Shown here one piece after another: positions 47,881 to 56,989 of a stretch of 64,000 nucleotides of DNA. A program made the position numbers and the translations under genes. The stretch comes from Candidatus Dormiibacterota bacterium. Lineage in GTDB: Bacteria; Chloroflexota; Dormibacteria; Aeolococcales; Aeolococcaceae. The stretch spans positions 928,001 to 992,000 of the forward strand of contig OY970355.1 of NCBI GenBank assembly GCA_963718525.1, in the 5' to 3' direction. Position 1 is the first letter of the stretch; every line of letters starts with the position of its first letter. Under the pieces are notes generated by a model that did not search any database, was not told where the DNA came from, and worked only from the letters and a program-made list of their open reading frames with translations.

Positions 47881-50229
47881 CTACATCTCGGCTGTCGGAG
47901 CGCGGAAGTAGTTTGAGGCGGTGGGCCGTACGGGCGGCCGCGCGGCCCGATGAGGCCAGAAGGCCAGGCGCCCGGCGAGGACGAGGAGGGCGGGAAGCAG
48001 GAACGAACGCACCAGGAAGGCATCGATGATGACCCCGACGCCGAGGATGAACGCGAACTCGCGGAAGGGCTGCAACGGCACCAGGTCCAGCACCGCAAAG
48101 CTCGCCGCCAGGGTCACGGCCGCGATCGCGACTGCGCGCGACGCTCGTGGCAGCGCGATCTCGACCGCCGTGGCGATGTCGCGTATCCGGGCCTCCTCCC
48201 AGATACGGCCCATCACGAAGACGCTGTAGTCGGCGCCGAGGGAGACGAGCAGAACGCCCGCGGTCACCGGCACGAAAAAGGTGACATCCGGATAACCGAG
48301 CGGACCCTGGAACACGTCGACGAAGACACCCAGGGACGCAGCCAGGCCGAGCGCACTCGACGCGATCAGCAGCAGCGGCGCCAGGATCGCGCGGAAATAG
48401 AGCATCAGGACGAGGCTCATCAACAGGGCGGCAAGGAGCGCCACTCGCCAGATGTCCGTGTCGGTCGCCGCAACTGCATCCGCCGCGGTAGGCGTCGTGC
48501 CTGACCACGAAGCCGTCGCATCGGCCAGTCCTACCTCGGGGAGCGCCGCCATGACCCTTCCCCTGAGCGCGGTGAACGCCGAGATCGCTGCCGCGTTGTA
48601 CGGGTCGTCGCGGAAGACCACGAAGAAGCGTGCCGCCCCCTGGTTCGACGTCGTGAACAGCGACGTCCCCAGGTTGAACGGGAGCTGGCCCGGGCCGATC
48701 ACGGCCGCGACACCCGGGCTGCTCGTGATCGCCCGGTCGACGGTTGTCAGCGCCGAGCTCTTCGAAGCGATCCCAGGGGCCTGCAGGATCAACGTCGTCG
48801 GCCCGACGATACCGGGACCGAACCCAGCAGCAGCCGCTTCCGCCGCCTGGCGAGGCTCGCTGCTGGGTGGGAGACCACTCACGACATTGCTGCCCAGGCG
48901 AACCTGTGTGAGACCACTGCCCGCCAGCACGAGCAGGGCAACCGAGACGACCACGATGATGCCGGCCGCCCAGCGCCGGCGGATCAACCGCGCAACCGTC
49001 CAGCGCGCTGCTCGGGTGTCACCCCGGGTTCGGCTGGCGTCGGCCGCCCGGGTCCGGAGGCTCGGCCAGAAGGCAACCCGGCCGAGTACCCCCACGAACG
49101 CGGGAACGAAGGAGATCGAGACGAGGCCCGAGATGATCACGGCAACGGCCATCCCCGGGCCGACCGCATGAAAGAAGTCGAGGTTCGCCCCCACGAGCGC
49201 GACAGTCCCCGCGGCGACCGTGAGGGCGGCCGCGATCACCAGCGGGACAACCCTGGATGATGCGTTCCTCAACGCGTTGGTGCGGCGCTCGCCGGCAGCC
49301 AGGCGGGCGCGCACGGCGGTCAGCGTGAACACCGAGTAGTCGGTGACCACCCCCAGGATGAGCACCACCATGATCGGCGAGAGCTGGGAGGGAATCTGCA
49401 CCCCGATGGCTTGGGCTCCCCAGCCGAGCACGTGCCGGGTAATCACATAGGCGAGCCCGGCTCCGGCCAGGGGCACGAGTGGCGCGATCGGGGAACGGAA
49501 GATCAGGCCCACCAGGACGGCGATGACCGCGACCGTCACCAGTTCGAGCAGCAGCAAGGCGTTCTCGATGAGGTTGCCTTCGCTGATCTGGGCCGGCACG
49601 GGACCGGTCACTCCGACAAACGTGCCAGGAGCGCGAGGTTCGGCAGCCGCATAGCGCTGGGCGCCCCCACTGATGTCACCGGACTGGGCCGTTGACGGGA
49701 AGAAGAGGTACGTCACCGTGGTGGTCGCCGGAGTGCCGGTCGTCGAGACCAACCCCGGCACATTGACCAGGGGAATCGCGAAGTCGGCTTGGCTTGCGGG
49801 CGCTCCACTCGGACGTGCACGGTCTATGGCCTGGGCCTGCTGAGCGATCGCCAGAAGCGTTGCGGGCGGAAGGGTGCTCGAGCCGTGCTCGACCACCATC
49901 GCCTGGCTGTCCGCCAGCGACGCCCCGAAGAGGGCGCGCTCGTGCACCTGCGCGTTCACGGCGGGCGTGTTGTTTGGCACGAGCTGGATCAGGCCAAACC
50001 CGGAGGCCGCGCCGAAGTCGGGGAGGAATGCCGCTGCCGCAATCGCTGCGGCGATCCACACCGCGATGAGCGGCAGTCCGAGGTGGGCCGTCAAGCCCGC
50101 GTACAGCCGCCACGGCCACGGTACGGCCGAGGGGTCGTCAGTCTGCTTCGCCGCCTCGACCGGGCGAGGTTGCGGCTCGACCCCGCGTGTCTGGGGAGAC
50201 GGCGGCGAGGAGGGTGGCGAGGTGGACAT
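47881..50229 (-). CDS. MMPL/RND-family transporter
   Basis: Two repeats with GVVTDYSVF and LGADYSVF, IDAFLVRSFLLPA. Confidence 0.92.
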   Translation of the reverse strand: MSTSPPSSPPSPQTRGVEPQPRPVEAAKQTDDPSAVPWPWRLYAGLTAHLGLPLIAVWIAAAIAAAAFLPDFGAASGFGLIQLVPNNTPAVNAQVHERALFGASLADSQAMVVEHGSSTLPPATLLAIAQQAQAIDRARPSGAPASQADFAIPLVNVPGLVSTTGTPATTTVTYLFFPSTAQSGDISGGAQRYAAAEPRAPGTFVGVTGPVPAQISEGNLIENALLLLELVTVAVIAVLVGLIFRSPIAPLVPLAGAGLAYVITRHVLGWGAQAIGVQIPSQLSPIMVVLILGVVTDYSVFTLTAVRARLAAGERRTNALRNASSRVVPLVIAAALTVAAGTVALVGANLDFFHAVGPGMAVAVIISGLVSISFVPAFVGVLGRVAFWPSLRTRAADASRTRGDTRAARWTVARLIRRRWAAGIIVVVSVALLVLAGSGLTQVRLGSNVVSGLPPSSEPRQAAEAAAAGFGPGIVGPTTLILQAPGIASKSSALTTVDRAITSSPGVAAVIGPGQLPFNLGTSLFTTSNQGAARFFVVFRDDPYNAAAISAFTALRGRVMAALPEVGLADATASWSGTTPTAADAVAATDTDIWRVALLAALLMSLVLMLYFRAILAPLLLIASSALGLAASLGVFVDVFQGPLGYPDVTFFVPVTAGVLLVSLGADYSVFVMGRIWEEARIRDIATAVEIALPRASRAVAIAAVTLAASFAVLDLVPLQPFREFAFILGVGVIIDAFLVRSFLLPALLVLAGRLAFWPHRAARPPVRPTASNYFRAPTAEM

Positions 50230-50295
50230 GCGACGACCCCGTGGAGGCTAAATGTGATAGCCACGCTATCATCCTGGTCCCCTCCCCCGCAGGCC

Positions 50296-50697
50296 TCAGG
50301 CCGGCTCGAACTCTCCAGTGGCGAACTGAGTCAGGGACAGCAGGTTGCCGTCCGGGTCCTCGAACCAGGCGACACGGTCACCCGACGGCGACGTCCAGAT
50401 CCCGTGTTCGTCGACGTCCATGCCGCGATAGCGCAGCAGCGTCACGCCCGCAGCTGCGAGCCACGCAGCCGCGGCGGCAATGTCGCCGACGCCCCACCCC
50501 AGCACGGTGTAGCGAACCCGGGAGAGCTTGCGCACCGGAGTCAGCCGCAGCATCGTCCCATTGGCGTCGAAGACGCACGCAAATGGACTCTCCTCGGCCA
50601 TGCGCAGCCCGAGTATTTCCAGGTAGAACTCACGAGCGCGCGGCAGATCCGTCGTCGGTACGAACGCGATGAGCCGGGCGTCGTCGAGCGCGTCCAT
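50296..50697 (-). CDS. VOC/glyoxalase-family protein
   Basis: DLPRAREFY..LGL, AWFEDPDGNLLSL. Confidence 0.9.
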   Translation of the reverse strand: MDALDDARLIAFVPTTDLPRAREFYLEILGLRMAEESPFACVFDANGTMLRLTPVRKLSRVRYTVLGWGVGDIAAAAAWLAAAGVTLLRYRGMDVDEHGIWTSPSGDRVAWFEDPDGNLLSLTQFATGEFEPA

Positions 50698-50698
50698 G

Positions 50699-51649
50699 TC
50701 AGCCGGCTGCCGGCTCCTCGCTGTGAGATGGCGACGGCGTCAGTCCGGCGGCGACACCGCGCGCGTAGAACTGCACGGCGATCTTTCTCGACGCCTCGTC
50801 AATCATCTCGTCGCCGAGCATCACCGCTCCTTTGCGCTCAACCTCGGTCGCCTGACGGTATGCCTCGAGCATCCGGGCGGCTTTGTCGAAGTCGGCCTGT
50901 GCCGGCGTGAACGTCTCATTGGCAGGCTCGATCTGCACCGGATGGAGCACCCACTTCCCGTCGTAGCCCAACGCGGCCGCGCGTGAGGCCGCGGCCCGGT
51001 ATCCCTCCAGATCATGGATGGCCAGGTACGGTCCGTCGACGACCTGGATGCCGGCGGCCCGCGCCGCCACCGCAAGCTTGAACAGCACGTAGTGAAAAAT
51101 ATCGCCGGGATAGTTGTAATCGTTTCGCACCGACAGAGACGGCAGCTGCATCGACGCTGAAAAGTCCGCCGGGCCGTAGGTGAGCGTCTCCAGTCGCTCA
51201 CTCGAGAACGCGATCTCCTCGGCGCGCATCAGACCTTCGGCGTCCTCGATCTGCGCCTCGATGCCGATGCGCCCGACGTCGTAACCGAGTGCCTGCTCGA
51301 GCTGCAGCAGCGCACGATCGACGAACGCCACGTCGCCGGCGTTGCGCACCTTCGGCACCATGATGCAGTCGAGGACGTCGCCGGCACCGGTGACGACCTC
51401 GCGCAGGTCATCGAACGCGAACCGGCTGGTCACCTGGTTGATGCGCACCACGCGCGTCTTGCCGTGCCAATCCTGGGTGCGCAGCGCTTCGACGACCTTG
51501 GTGCGCGCGGCAGGCTTCTCCAGCGGTGCGCAGGCGTCCTCGAGGTCGAGGAACACCTCGTCGGCCGCGCTGGCCGCGGCCTTCTCCATCATCCGCGGGT
51601 TGCTGCCAGGGACGGCAAGAACCGAACGGCGAAGGCGGGTGGCAGACAC
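50699..51649 (-). CDS. CitE/malyl-CoA lyase-family CoA-ester lyase
   Basis: RRSVLAVPG, FLDLED, VRIN, QIE, GPADF, GKWVLHP. Confidence 0.92.
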   Translation of the reverse strand: MSATRLRRSVLAVPGSNPRMMEKAAASAADEVFLDLEDACAPLEKPAARTKVVEALRTQDWHGKTRVVRINQVTSRFAFDDLREVVTGAGDVLDCIMVPKVRNAGDVAFVDRALLQLEQALGYDVGRIGIEAQIEDAEGLMRAEEIAFSSERLETLTYGPADFSASMQLPSLSVRNDYNYPGDIFHYVLFKLAVAARAAGIQVVDGPYLAIHDLEGYRAAASRAAALGYDGKWVLHPVQIEPANETFTPAQADFDKAARMLEAYRQATEVERKGAVMLGDEMIDEASRKIAVQFYARGVAAGLTPSPSHSEEPAAG

Positions 51650-51654
51650 GTCGC

Positions 51655-52149
51655 CTACTCGGTTGAGGTGGGACCGTTGTCGGGGGAGCTGGGCTTGTCC
51701 TTGGGTGGCGTCGTGCGGTCGTCGGGAGGAATCGGCCGGTCGTCCGGAGGGACATCCCTTCCGTCCGGGGTCATGCCACCGAGCCCCCCCATGCCGCCGA
51801 ACAGACCACCGAGCATCTGCTGGAACTGTTCGGGCCCACCCAGGTCATCCTGCACGCGCTCGAACATGCGCGCCATCAGCTCCTGAAGCTGTGGATCCTC
51901 GGAAAGCTTTTCCTGGAGGCCGCCCAACTGGCTCATGAGCTGTTCCATCTGGACCTCCTGCGCCACCTGCATCAGCACGGGTTGCGAGGCCGCGGCGGCC
52001 ACCACCTGCACCTGCTGGCGGATCACCTCGAATCCCTTGCAGGCCATGCACGTGCCCTGGTGCTGGCACCGGCACAGCCGGGACTTGAGCTTGTCGAGCT
52101 CCGAATGGATCCCGCTCAGATCGATGCCGGGAGGAGAGGTGTCGCCCAT
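51655..52149 (-). CDS. Hypothetical protein with CxCx5Cx2C cluster and Gln/Met/Gly-rich tail
   Basis: CRCQHQGTCMACKG; protein-like composition. Confidence 0.7.
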   Translation of the reverse strand: MGDTSPPGIDLSGIHSELDKLKSRLCRCQHQGTCMACKGFEVIRQQVQVVAAAASQPVLMQVAQEVQMEQLMSQLGGLQEKLSEDPQLQELMARMFERVQDDLGGPEQFQQMLGGLFGGMGGLGGMTPDGRDVPPDDRPIPPDDRTTPPKDKPSSPDNGPTSTE

Positions 52150-52253
52150 GGTGCTGATCGTAGTTGACCTGCGGCCCCGAGCCGCGCACGTTGCATCTCC
52201 GCCGCGATCGGGTATAGTCATTCGCAGACGGGAGGCTTCGCGCATCCCCGCGG

Positions 52254-54956
52254 TTGACGTCGATTGGATCGTCGCCCCGCGTCAAAAAGCACCGCCCGAG
52301 GCCGTCCCGAAGTCCAGTAATTGCGCCGGTGGACAGGGGTCACCGCGCATCCGAGGTTGACAGTCCGCTGATAGCCCCAGACCTCGCGCTCGATCGTCTG
52401 CACCTCATCGTGCCCGACGGCAGCGATGCCATGGTCGTCCTGGAAGCATGGGCGAACGGCTCGCAGCCCGGTGCCGATCCGCGCACGGTTTTTGCCGAGC
52501 GCATCGGTGAAGTCGGTCACGTCTCCGTCTCGTTCGGAGATGAGGATCCGATCCAGTTGCGTCTCGATCTTCCTGACCTCGTCCTGCAGTGCGTCGCCCA
52601 GCCGGGACCGGACGGCACCCGCGACCACCTTGGTCTCCGGGTTCTGTCCATCCGTCCGACGGGCGGCCAGCCCGAGGGCGCCAAGCTCCTCACAATCACC
52701 GCCCGCGAGCCGGTCGTGACCGAGGCAAACGGCGTGGTCAGCGATACCTTCCGCCTGCTCGACTGGCGGATCTCGACGCAGCACGCGGCGAGATCGGAGC
52801 AGCTCTACGCGACATTGAAGCTCGTCGACAGCCTGGAACGAGCCGAGAAGCAGCGGGCGCAGTCCCAGCGGACCCGGTTCAACGGCGCGCGCGAGTTCTG
52901 GCGCTGCCGCACCTGCCGGGCGCTCTGGCGGCCCGACACCCATGAGCGATGCCCGTCGTGTGGACGCGAGTTCACTGACGCGGACCGCAAATCTCCCGAG
53001 GTCGGCAAGGTCGAGTTCCAGATCCCCGCCGGTGAGCCGATCAACCTCACGCCGGATGCGGCGGTCCTGATCGAGCCGGACGACGAGACCAATTTCGTCG
53101 GTCGGGTCGCACGCATCGATCACCAGCGCCATGTGGTCGAGATCGTCACCCGCACCTTCGAACACTCCGGCAGCGAGGGGTACATCGCCCCGTCGTTCAA
53201 CAAAGCCCTCTACCAGGCGAAGCGATCGGTGCTTGCGGCCATCGCCACCAAGGACTTCGGCGTGGGCCTGCTGGCGCAGCTCCTGGTCAGCCCCGAGACG
53301 ATCGTCGCGCCCAAGGACGAGTTGGACGCGGATTCGTCCTGGCTGACGAGCGGGATGCGCCCCAACAAGCCGCAGAACCGCGCGGTCGGGTTGCTGAGCC
53401 GTCTGAGCGCGGGCCAGGCCGTGTTCATCCAAGGCCCCCCAGGCACCGGCAAGACCACGGTCATCGTCGAAGCGGTCAAGCGCCGGCTCGCTGCCAATCC
53501 GGATGAGCGAATCCTGGTCACCTCGCACAGCAACCTCGCAGTCGACAACGCGCTCGAGCGACTCGCCGGGACGCCCGGCATGCGCGCGGTCCGCGTGGCT
53601 CGCGCCGAGAGGGTGCATCCGACGGTCGACAAGTTCCGCTGCGACGACGAGGACGACCCCCGTCTCCTCGAAGCCAATTGCTACTTCGCGACCTGCGCAA
53701 CGGCGGCGACGTCGGGGATCACCGACATGAACTTCGACATTGTCATCCTCGACGAGGCCAACAAGGCACGCGCGGACGAGGCGCTGCCTGCGTTGCGCCT
53801 CGGCCGCAGCCTGGCCCTGGTCGGTGACCACAAGCAGCTGCCGCCGGTGGAGGACGACGCGCTCTACGGCATCGTCGAAACCGACCCCGCGCTCGAGGAC
53901 CTGGTCAACCGCAGCCTGTTCGAGCAGTGCTGGGATGGCGGACTGCCCGCCGAGGCGCAGTGCCTGCTGACGATTCAGCACCGCATGCACCCGGACATCG
54001 CAGCGTATGTCTCGGCCGCGTCGTATGACAACCAGCTGGAGAACGCGCCCGAGGTCCTCGAGTACGACTACATCACCCGCAAGCCGTTCCCGGTGGCGCT
54101 GCATTTCGTGGACACCGAGGGAATGCGCGGTGGGCGGGAGCGGCGCGGTCCCGGCGGTGCGCTGCGCAACGAGGCCGAGGTGCGGGTGGCCGCCCAGGTG
54201 GTGCGGCTCCTCGACGAGCGCGCTCCGCGCGAGCTCAGCATGGCCGTCATCGCGATGTACGCCGAGCAGGTGGAACGCCTCCGCCAGGCGCTCGGCCGCC
54301 GGCGTTTCAAGCGCACGGTGAAGATCGACACCGTCGACTCGTTCGAAGGGCGCGAGGAGGACATCGTGGTCATCTCCTTGGTGCGATCGAATGAACGCGG
54401 ACGCATCGGGTTCCTCAGGGTTCCCAACCGGCTCAACGTCGCGATCTCCCGCGCCAAGCGAATGGTGGCGTGCATCGGTGACAGTGCAACGCTCCGCAGC
54501 GGCGACGAATCGATGTACGGGATGCTCGTCGAGGCGGCTCGTTCGACGGGAGGCTGGCTCAGCGCGCTCGAACTCGTGTCGCAGCCCAAGCCGCGGCGTG
54601 GCGAGCGCCAACCCGGTCAGGGCGGGGGAGGAGAAGCGGGCGACGAGACAGATCCCGAGCGCGCCGCGAAACGGCGTCGTCGCCGGAGGCGCGGCAGGCG
54701 CGGCGCCCAGGCGCCGCTCACCGCCTCGACCGAGCCCGGTTCGGAAGCCTCCGCCGGGACCGCTGCTCCACCCGCTGTCGATGGACAGCCCCAGGAGGGG
54801 GCGCAGCGACGCCGCCGCAGGCGTCGCCGTCGCGGCCGCGGTCGCGGCCCGAGTCTCGGACAGACGGCCGCCCCGTCGGGCGAAGGTGCGACGTCCCCGC
54901 CGGATGAGCAGCCGACCGTTGCGCCGGCCGCGGCCGGGGACAGCCCCGAGGGCTGA
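52254..54956 (+). CDS. Upf1/DNA2-like superfamily 1 helicase with zinc ribbon and Arg-rich tail; start uncertain
   Basis: QGPPGTGKT, SHSNLAVDN, LDEA, VGDHKQLPP, QHRMHP, TVDSFEGRE, RLNVAISRAK. Confidence 0.92.
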   Translation: MTSIGSSPRVKKHRPRPSRSPVIAPVDRGHRASEVDSPLIAPDLALDRLHLIVPDGSDAMVVLEAWANGSQPGADPRTVFAERIGEVGHVSVSFGDEDPIQLRLDLPDLVLQCVAQPGPDGTRDHLGLRVLSIRPTGGQPEGAKLLTITAREPVVTEANGVVSDTFRLLDWRISTQHAARSEQLYATLKLVDSLERAEKQRAQSQRTRFNGAREFWRCRTCRALWRPDTHERCPSCGREFTDADRKSPEVGKVEFQIPAGEPINLTPDAAVLIEPDDETNFVGRVARIDHQRHVVEIVTRTFEHSGSEGYIAPSFNKALYQAKRSVLAAIATKDFGVGLLAQLLVSPETIVAPKDELDADSSWLTSGMRPNKPQNRAVGLLSRLSAGQAVFIQGPPGTGKTTVIVEAVKRRLAANPDERILVTSHSNLAVDNALERLAGTPGMRAVRVARAERVHPTVDKFRCDDEDDPRLLEANCYFATCATAATSGITDMNFDIVILDEANKARADEALPALRLGRSLALVGDHKQLPPVEDDALYGIVETDPALEDLVNRSLFEQCWDGGLPAEAQCLLTIQHRMHPDIAAYVSAASYDNQLENAPEVLEYDYITRKPFPVALHFVDTEGMRGGRERRGPGGALRNEAEVRVAAQVVRLLDERAPRELSMAVIAMYAEQVERLRQALGRRRFKRTVKIDTVDSFEGREEDIVVISLVRSNERGRIGFLRVPNRLNVAISRAKRMVACIGDSATLRSGDESMYGMLVEAARSTGGWLSALELVSQPKPRRGERQPGQGGGGEAGDETDPERAAKRRRRRRRGRRGAQAPLTASTEPGSEASAGTAAPPAVDGQPQEGAQRRRRRRRRRGRGRGPSLGQTAAPSGEGATSPPDEQPTVAPAAAGDSPEG

Positions 54957-54961
54957 CGAGC

Positions 54962-55570
54962 GTGAGCGATCCGGTCACGGTGTTCGTCCGCTCCGGGGAT
55001 CCCGCCTCAGAAGCGACGCTTCGCTACCTGGATCAGCGGAGCGTCGCGTACACAAAACGAGACGTGCTCACTGACCCCTCGGCCACGGCGATCCTGTTCG
55101 GGCGCCTGGGACGTGTGGTCGTTCCCGTCGTCCAGGTGGGCGAGCGTCTGCTGGTCGGCCATGACCCGGTGCAGCTCGCGCGATTCCTTCCGCGAGAGGA
55201 CAGCGAGGAGCAGCACGTCTCGTTCGGAGCGTCGGTTCGGACCGTGACCGGTGAGATCGCAACCGCCAAACAGCTGCCCGCGACCTACGGCGTCGAGGTC
55301 GGTCAGGTGAAGCCGGGCTCACCTGCCGAAGCCGCCGGAATCCTGCCGGGCGACGTGATCACGGGGATCGGTCCGTACACGGTCAACGGCGGCGCCGACC
55401 AGTTCCGGCGTGCCGTGTCGCTGCGCCAGCCCGGCGACACCATGATGCTCACCCTCTGGCGCGAGGGCGACGTCTCCGAAGCCGCAGTGGTGTTTCCGAC
55501 GGAGACCCCGTTGGACGCGGCAACCCAGACGCCCGCGGACGAGCACGCTGAGGAAACACCTCCCGCCTGA
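54962..55570 (+). CDS. Glutaredoxin-like plus PDZ domain protein
   Basis: Grx-fold pattern (VTVF...VPVVQVG...VG) then PDZ (VKPGSPAEAAGILPGDVI). Confidence 0.78.
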   Translation: MSDPVTVFVRSGDPASEATLRYLDQRSVAYTKRDVLTDPSATAILFGRLGRVVVPVVQVGERLLVGHDPVQLARFLPREDSEEQHVSFGASVRTVTGEIATAKQLPATYGVEVGQVKPGSPAEAAGILPGDVITGIGPYTVNGGADQFRRAVSLRQPGDTMMLTLWREGDVSEAAVVFPTETPLDAATQTPADEHAEETPPA

Positions 55571-55617
55571 TCGTCTGTCAGGCTCACAACCGGCCCGGTG
55601 CCGGCGTTTGGTATGCA

Positions 55618-56100
55618 GTGAGCAAGGTGAAGTCAACCGCCCTACCGCCCTTTCAGTGCGTGTTCGACGAGCACGCTCAGGCGGTGCTGGCCTTCCTGAA
55701 CGGTGCTGTTGGCTCGTCCGAGGCCGAGGACTGCTTCCAGGAGACGATGATGAGCGCGCTTCGGGCGTACCCGCGACTAGGGGACGCTTCGAATCTCCGC
55801 GGCTGGCTCTTCACGATCGCCCGCCGTAAGGCGATCGACGCGTACCGGGCGCGGGCACGCAGACCCATGCCGGTGGCCAACCCGGATCCGGGGACCGCTC
55901 GCGACCCGCTCTCCGAGATCGACGAAGGGCTCTGGGATCAGGTTCGCCATCTCCCACTCAAACAGCGCAAGGCTTTGGTCCTCCGCTTCGGCGGCGACCG
56001 AAGCTATCCCGAGATCGCCGCGACGATGTCGACCACCCAGGACTCCGCGCGCCAGAGCGTGCACGAGGGGCTGAAGAAACTCAGAAGGGAGCTCCGATGA
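55618..56100 (+). CDS. ECF RNA polymerase sigma factor
   Basis: AEDCFQET, WLFTIARRKAID (region 2); LP..QR...SYPEIA (region 4). Confidence 0.9.
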   Translation: MSKVKSTALPPFQCVFDEHAQAVLAFLNGAVGSSEAEDCFQETMMSALRAYPRLGDASNLRGWLFTIARRKAIDAYRARARRPMPVANPDPGTARDPLSEIDEGLWDQVRHLPLKQRKALVLRFGGDRSYPEIAATMSTTQDSARQSVHEGLKKLRRELR

Positions 56101-56693
56101 CCGTGGACCAGGCGATGACCGACCGATTCCTGCAGCGGGCCGAGGCCAAGGGGCTCGTCGATGTGGCGGTGACGACCATGGACAGCCCGGTCGGCACCCT
56201 GCTGCTGATGGCGACACCCAAGGGGCTCGTTCGGATCGCCTTCGAGAGCGAGAACCGTGACGACGTCTTCGCCGAGGTGGCCGAGCAGCTGTCGCCCCGG
56301 ATCCTCGAGTCGCCGCGCCGGCTCGACCCGGTGCGCCGGGAGCTGGACAGGTACTTCGCCGGCAAGCTCCGCAATTTCGAGGTGCCGATCGATTGGTCGC
56401 TGACCGGCACGTTCGCACGGAGGGTGCTTCGGCGCACCGCGAAAATCCCATATGGCGACGTGGCAACCTACGGCGAGGTCGCGTTCGAGGTCGGGACTCC
56501 ACGCGGAGCCCGCGCGGTCGGCAATGCGCTCGGCTCCAATCCGATCCCTGTTGTCGTGCCGTGTCACCGGGTGGTCCGCGCCGGCGGCTCGATCGGTGGC
56601 TATGGGGGCGGGCAGCCGCGTAAGCAGTGGCTCCTCGCCCTCGAGACCGCTGAGCCGGCGACTACCAGCCGGGAGGGGGCTCGGACCGGTTGA
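56097..56693 (+). CDS. ogt: Methylated-DNA-protein-cysteine S-methyltransferase
   Basis: SPVG, YFAG, IPYG, ARAVG, NP...VPCHRVV active site. Confidence 0.94.
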   Translation: MTVDQAMTDRFLQRAEAKGLVDVAVTTMDSPVGTLLLMATPKGLVRIAFESENRDDVFAEVAEQLSPRILESPRRLDPVRRELDRYFAGKLRNFEVPIDWSLTGTFARRVLRRTAKIPYGDVATYGEVAFEVGTPRGARAVGNALGSNPIPVVVPCHRVVRAGGSIGGYGGGQPRKQWLLALETAEPATTSREGARTG

Positions 56694-56916
56694 GCAGCCG
56701 GACGAAATCCTCGGCCCGGGCGACGGCTTCCCAGCGGCGCGAGAAGAAGTCCTGGGTGATCATCCGGTTGTCGGCGAGCGAGGTCACCGTGACCGCCCAC
56801 TGATTGAGCGCCCGCGAGACCTCGACCTCGTGGGTGGCGGCTTCGTTGCGCATGACAACACCGCTGGCCGCCGGACGGCGCCCACGGTCGTTGCGTCGAG
56901 AGGACGCCATAGCCAT
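56662..56916 (-). CDS. Small hypothetical protein
   Basis: Short ORF downstream of DUF72, overlapping the ogt 3' end; no motif; start uncertain. Confidence 0.4.
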   Translation of the reverse strand: MAMASSRRNDRGRRPAASGVVMRNEAATHEVEVSRALNQWAVTVTSLADNRMITQDFFSRRWEAVARAEDFVRLLNRSEPPPGW

Positions 56917-56989
56917 CGCAAAGACCTCCAGTAAATCCCCGGCAGGCCTACGCCTCGCCGCCCAAACCATTGTCCCCCAAATGGGTGCC

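Noticed and set aside
43199-54956. Defence island (two MTases plus SF1 helicase)
   Set aside because: Genes are interleaved with metabolic genes; no nuclease, integrase or obvious compositional shift seen
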